Positions 45,211 through 48,993 of a stretch of 48,993 bases of DNA are shown one piece after another. Under the pieces are notes generated by a model. The model searched no databases. It was not told the DNA's origin and saw only the letters and a list, made by a program, of their open reading frames with translations. Source of the DNA: Victivallis vadensis (GTDB lineage Bacteria; Verrucomicrobiota; Lentisphaeria; Victivallales; GWF2-50-93); contig DYRX01000001.1 in NCBI GenBank assembly GCA_020718525.1, positions 1-48,993 on the forward strand, read 5' to 3'. The translations under genes were made by a program, and so were the position numbers. Position 1 is the stretch's first letter, and every line of letters starts with the position of its first letter.

Positions 45211-46848
45211 TCAGGCTCCGGCACGCCTTGCGCGAATAGCCTCAAGCTCTACAATAAGCTCCTGCGGCGTCTGAAAACGCATGCTTGGATTCTTGTCCAT
45301 CATCTTCATGCAGAGCATTGCCATCTCCTCTGAAATCGAGGCGGACACTGTTCTAGGATTCGGAACTGGATCGTTGAGCACTTTAAGAACGACATTGACA
45401 ACGGTATCTCCGATGAATGGAGGCTCGGCTGTCAGGATGTGATAGAGAGTTGCGCCAAGGCTGTAGATGTCGGATCTGATGTCCGCATTTTTGAAATCCT
45501 TCGCCTGCTCGGGGCTTATGTATGCCGGAGAGCCGAGGGCGGTATCGTCGGCAGTTATGTTTTTCTCTACTCCATGGCTGATCTCCTTGCCAAGCCCCAG
45601 ATCCGCGAGCTTGACAACGCCGTCCGAGCTCAGCATGATATTGTCCGGCTTTATATCCCTGTGGACGATTCCGCATTTGTGGGCGGCGTCGAGAGCCCCC
45701 GCGACAGAAAGCATTATGTTCAGCGCATTCTCCTCGCTCAAAGGACCATGCTTATTGATCATCTGCCCAATTGTGCCGCCGTCAACATATTCCATGACCA
45801 TGTAGTAGAGGTTTCTCGACTTGTCCACGCCCGCGTCCATCACGCCGACGGCGTTGGGGTGCCTGAGGCGCACCGCCAGCTTCGCTTCGCGCACGAAGCG
45901 TTCTGCTGAAAGATCCGCCCCTGTCCTGATCTGGAAAATGTTCCCGGAAAAGATTTTTATCGCGACTTGGACATCAAGCACATTGTGTTTGGCAAGATAG
46001 ACTATGCCCATCCCGCCACAGCCTAGAACGCTCTCGATCCTGCAGTTTCCGACGATGGTTCCAGGATTGAGCAGTTCTCCCCTGAACGGAGTTGTAACCT
46101 GCTGAGTTGACATGGAAAAAGACTGTGTCATCTCGTCCTTGCCAAGAATCCTGCCGTCCTGATGCGCCCAGATTTGCCCCCCAATCGGGATGCATGAACG
46201 TATTTTCGAATAAGGGAATCGGACAGTCCTTTTTTTGCCGTCTCCTTCTGAAATCTCGACGACAGCCACGTCCGGCAAGGCATTTAAAATTGCTGAAATT
46301 TCAATAGTTCTTCCATCTGAGAGGGTTAGATTATATGGACCGAGAGAATGCCCGGATTCGTCCGCCGATATGCGGGCAAAGTAGCCCTGTCCAATGCCGC
46401 CCGCAGACTTGGAGACCGAATGGGCGGTCTCCTTGGCAGACTGAGGTTCAGGCTCGGTGTCCCTGTAGTGCGACTCCGGTAGAGCGTCTTGCGACGATGA
46501 TGCGCCTGCTCCCTCTTCTTTGCCGTCTGCCGCATCCTCAGATTCAGATTCGCCAGACATCTGTGAATATCTTGGAAGTGTGAAGAAAATCAGGATGGGA
46601 TAAATCCAGGGTGCGAAAAGCCCAAGGACGAAGTGCAAAAGCCGGCTCCGACCTCTCGCCTCGGCAATGGATGCGGCGCAGAATGGACTGCCAAGCACCG
46701 CCACAAAAACCGCCGTCCTGAACAAGGCGGAAGACCAGTCGGGATTGAGACCCGATGCGATCGCCCCGTTGCATGCGGACGCGACAATACCCAGGATTGT
46801 TCCGAAAATCCCGAAAAGTATGTCCTTGATGATAAAAAAGAAATCCAT
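45211..46848 (-). CDS. membrane-anchored Ser/Thr protein kinase (N-terminal TM helices, central unknown domain, C-terminal kinase)
   Basis: Kinase motifs: G-loop GCGGMGIVYLA, VAIKIF, HRDIKPDN, DLG and GSPAYISPE. There are 3-4 hydrophobic helices in the first 95 aa. Confidence 0.8.
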   Translation of the reverse strand: MDFFFIIKDILFGIFGTILGIVASACNGAIASGLNPDWSSALFRTAVFVAVLGSPFCAASIAEARGRSRLLHFVLGLFAPWIYPILIFFTLPRYSQMSGESESEDAADGKEEGAGASSSQDALPESHYRDTEPEPQSAKETAHSVSKSAGGIGQGYFARISADESGHSLGPYNLTLSDGRTIEISAILNALPDVAVVEISEGDGKKRTVRFPYSKIRSCIPIGGQIWAHQDGRILGKDEMTQSFSMSTQQVTTPFRGELLNPGTIVGNCRIESVLGCGGMGIVYLAKHNVLDVQVAIKIFSGNIFQIRTGADLSAERFVREAKLAVRLRHPNAVGVMDAGVDKSRNLYYMVMEYVDGGTIGQMINKHGPLSEENALNIMLSVAGALDAAHKCGIVHRDIKPDNIMLSSDGVVKLADLGLGKEISHGVEKNITADDTALGSPAYISPEQAKDFKNADIRSDIYSLGATLYHILTAEPPFIGDTVVNVVLKVLNDPVPNPRTVSASISEEMAMLCMKMMDKNPSMRFQTPQELIVELEAIRARRAGA

Positions 46849-46967
46849 TCAAAAAACCAGGCAAAATTATTTAACGGACTGGAAATATACATCCAATGGA
46901 TGCAAATTCGAGGCTTAACACTCAAAAAAATGATTTTAAGATGTGAATCCGAAACGAAAGACCTGCG

Positions 46968-47669
46968 ATGAATCTTGAAAATATAATTTCGTCACGCATG
47001 ATTCTCGGGGTACGAGCACCTTCCATGATTGCCCTGCTTCTGCTTTTCGCCTGCGCCGCTCAAACGGACAGCATAACGGAGAAGTCTGGGAAAAAGTCAG
47101 AAGCTGAGATTGTCTCGATGGAAAACGGGCAGATTTCGACAAAAACGTCGAAAATCCCGCTTGACTCCGTTTCCAGAATTGTCTTCTCGTCGGAGCCGCT
47201 CGCGGCAAAGGACAGCGGGCTTATCTTTTTAGACGGATCGCGTCTTTCCGGAATCGTCAGAAAAAGAGAGAAGGACTCTCTTGTCTTCAGATCAAGCGCG
47301 TTCGGAGAAATGAAAGTCCCGTCGAGCCTGATCGCTGGCGAATACTTTGCACAAGGTCCGTCCGCACCTGAAAAAGATGCGAAAATCCCAATGATTAAAA
47401 CTGCTGACGGACGAATTCTGACCGGAAAAATTCTCTGGCATGACGATAAAAGCACGGGCATTATGACAGGGAAGGGGCTTGAGAAAATTGAGGGTGGCTC
47501 CATAGATCTGATACTCTTTTCGGCGCCTGCCAGCGCAAGAAAAATTGAACTGCGCAATGGGGACATTGTCAACTTTCCGGTCAAATTCGATGGCAAAAAG
47601 CTGATTTTTACATTCAACGGCACAAATTTGGAGATTTCGATTTCGTCGCTGAGCGTCCTCAACAACTGA
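46968..47669 (+). CDS. putative lipoprotein with four internal beta-rich repeats
   Basis: Lipobox-like LLLFAC; the alternative start ATG 46998 gives MILGVRAPSMIALLLLFAC. Four repeats of about 45 aa of the type xDGxxLxGxI....D..L.F......i.i....I..I.F. Confidence 0.55.
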   Translation: MNLENIISSRMILGVRAPSMIALLLLFACAAQTDSITEKSGKKSEAEIVSMENGQISTKTSKIPLDSVSRIVFSSEPLAAKDSGLIFLDGSRLSGIVRKREKDSLVFRSSAFGEMKVPSSLIAGEYFAQGPSAPEKDAKIPMIKTADGRILTGKILWHDDKSTGIMTGKGLEKIEGGSIDLILFSAPASARKIELRNGDIVNFPVKFDGKKLIFTFNGTNLEISISSLSVLNN

Positions 47670-47703
47670 AAGATTCAACACACAAGATAAGGAGCCTTCT
47701 TCA

Positions 47704-48894
47704 ATGTCCAGCAAGATCAACGTGGTGTGCGAGAGCTGCAAAGCCGAGTTCCGCGCGATGGACGACGAGCTTTCACAACTTGCCTGCCCAAAATGCAAAG
47801 GGAAGCTTGCCCCGAAAGATGCGGGACAACAGCAGTCAAGGGATAATGCGCCCGCCCAGTCAGTCTCTGTCTCGATAGAAAAGGACAGCCCGGCACCCCA
47901 GAATCCTAAAAAAGTGGAGGAACAGCTTGCGGACATCTCCTCCTCTTTCGCGAAGCTGAATTCGGAGCTTTCCAAAGTGATTGTCGGCCAGAAGGAGGTG
48001 ATCGAGGAGATCATTGTCGCGATTTTCGCGAACGGACACTGCCTTCTCGAAGGAGTTCCCGGGCTTGCAAAGACACTTCTCATATCGTCCCTTTCCAAGG
48101 CTATGTCACTCTCCTTCAAGAGGATACAGTTCACTCCCGACCTAATGCCATCGGACATAACCGGAACTGAAATCATACAGGAGAACCCGCAGACGAATGC
48201 GCGCGAATTCCGCTTTGTCCACGGACCGATTTTCGCGAACGTAGTTCTTGCGGACGAAATCAACAGAACCCCTCCAAAAACCCAGGCATCCATGCTCGAG
48301 GCGATGCAGGAGAAGCAGGTCTCGGTGGGCGGAAGGATGCACCCGCTTCCAAAGCCATTCTTTGTCCTTGCTACCCAGAACCCGCTCGAACAGGAGGGGA
48401 CCTACCCGCTTCCGGAAGCTCAGCAGGACAGGTTCTTGTTCAAAATCCATGTCGGATATCCGTCGGAAGCCGAAGAGAAAAAAATCATCGAGATGGTTTC
48501 CGGACAGAAGTTCGGCGATATACAGCCGGTAATTTCTGCGGAACAAATACTTGCGGCGCAAAAGCTTGTGACGGGAATTCCAGTTGCAGAAACAGTCGTC
48601 CAATATGCGACAAAGCTGGTAAGAAGCACCAGGCTCAACCAAAGCGACACGCCTGATTTCATCAAGAAATGGGTTGCATGGGGATGCGGACCAAGGGCGT
48701 CGATCGCGCTGGTCAGCGCCGCCAAGGCTGTCGCCGCCCTCGGCAAGAAAAGCTTCGTGTCATGCGATGACATAGCAAGGGTCGCGCACCCGGTAATGAG
48801 GCACAGGCTCGCCGTCAATTACGCCGCCAGGGCCGAAGGACTGAACAGCGACGCGATCATTGACAAACTTTTGGCGACTCTTCAAAAGCACTGA
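47704..48894 (+). CDS. MoxR-family AAA+ ATPase with N-terminal zinc-ribbon extension
   Basis: AAGGAG SD upstream. N-terminus VVCESCKAEF...CPKCKGKL plus a disordered linker of about 60 aa. Then GVPGLAKT, RIQFTPDLMPSDITG, VLADEINRTPP and ATQNPLEQEGTYPLPEAQQDRF. Confidence 0.85.
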   Translation: MSSKINVVCESCKAEFRAMDDELSQLACPKCKGKLAPKDAGQQQSRDNAPAQSVSVSIEKDSPAPQNPKKVEEQLADISSSFAKLNSELSKVIVGQKEVIEEIIVAIFANGHCLLEGVPGLAKTLLISSLSKAMSLSFKRIQFTPDLMPSDITGTEIIQENPQTNAREFRFVHGPIFANVVLADEINRTPPKTQASMLEAMQEKQVSVGGRMHPLPKPFFVLATQNPLEQEGTYPLPEAQQDRFLFKIHVGYPSEAEEKKIIEMVSGQKFGDIQPVISAEQILAAQKLVTGIPVAETVVQYATKLVRSTRLNQSDTPDFIKKWVAWGCGPRASIALVSAAKAVAALGKKSFVSCDDIARVAHPVMRHRLAVNYAARAEGLNSDAIIDKLLATLQKH

Positions 48895-48896
48895 GC

Positions 48897-48945
48897 ACAC
48901 TAGATTTGCTTGTGCGGAAGGACTTCCGCCAAGCAAATCTAGTGT
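48897..48945. repeat. palindromic element, copy B (perfect 16-bp outer stem plus 7-bp inner stem), 2 nt after the MoxR stop
   Basis: ACACTAGATTTGCTTG-T-GCGGAAG-GA-CTTCCGC-CAAGCAAATCTAGTGT. It shares 24-nt and 10-nt identical blocks with copy A at 25658-25713. Confidence 0.65.
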
Positions 48946-48993
48946 CCTGTTTCCTAAATAACGATACCATGTCTCTTTAATAATTCAGATTAG

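Noticed and set aside
47060-48293. Minus-strand ORFs 47060..47665 (201 aa) and 47292..48293 (333 aa)
   Set aside because: They are antisense to the lipoprotein and to the MoxR gene, and MoxR has unambiguous Walker A/B and family motifs on the plus strand. The antisense products are Ser/Cys/Phe-rich without recognisable motifs.

Overview
Gene-dense 49-kb chromosomal segment, roughly 90% coding, with about 40 protein-coding genes. I recognise no rRNA or tRNA genes, no CRISPR array and no transposase or integrase. Positions 1-34457 are an uninterrupted minus-strand run; short plus-strand blocks lie at 34516-37417 and 46968-48894. Contents in order: a 2-oxoacid:ferredoxin oxidoreductase operon (delta, alpha, beta/gamma fusion); an EIIA/CBS - permease - acyltransferase - UROD-like operon; a secreted beta-helix protein; and a 13.5-kb ten-gene block. 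That block holds three SPFH/HflKC-like proteins, a P1B metal ATPase, PA14 and MORN envelope proteins, an ABC exporter with an atypical permease, an unknown 544-aa protein and a Zn-ribbon Ser/Thr kinase. It is followed by a CDF metal exporter, an apparently circularly permuted caspase-like protease, a lacZ-type GH2, murJ, an orphan HicB-like gene, hisC, pgi, an EndoIII-like glycosylase, hemW and a 2-Cys peroxiredoxin. The remainder holds two MoxR ATPases, trpS, ileS, a second kinase and an 860-aa Zn-ribbon/PQ-rich/ER-K-rich bitopic protein. Gene content (type-2 IleS, long Pgi, Zn-ribbon-tagged signalling proteins, PA14/beta-helix exoproteins, a four-helix-bundle '23S rRNA IVS family' remnant) suggests a PVC-superphylum-like bacterium, but this is inference only. 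The best candidates for something undescribed are the SPFH-trio/metal-pump coupling, the envelope/ABC/kinase module directly downstream of it, and the permuted caspase-like gene. All functional calls come from motif recognition by eye in the supplied translations and my own hand translations. No database search, RNA folding or statistics were run. The supplied ORF track renders alternative start codons (TTG/GTG) as M, so several starts were re-evaluated.
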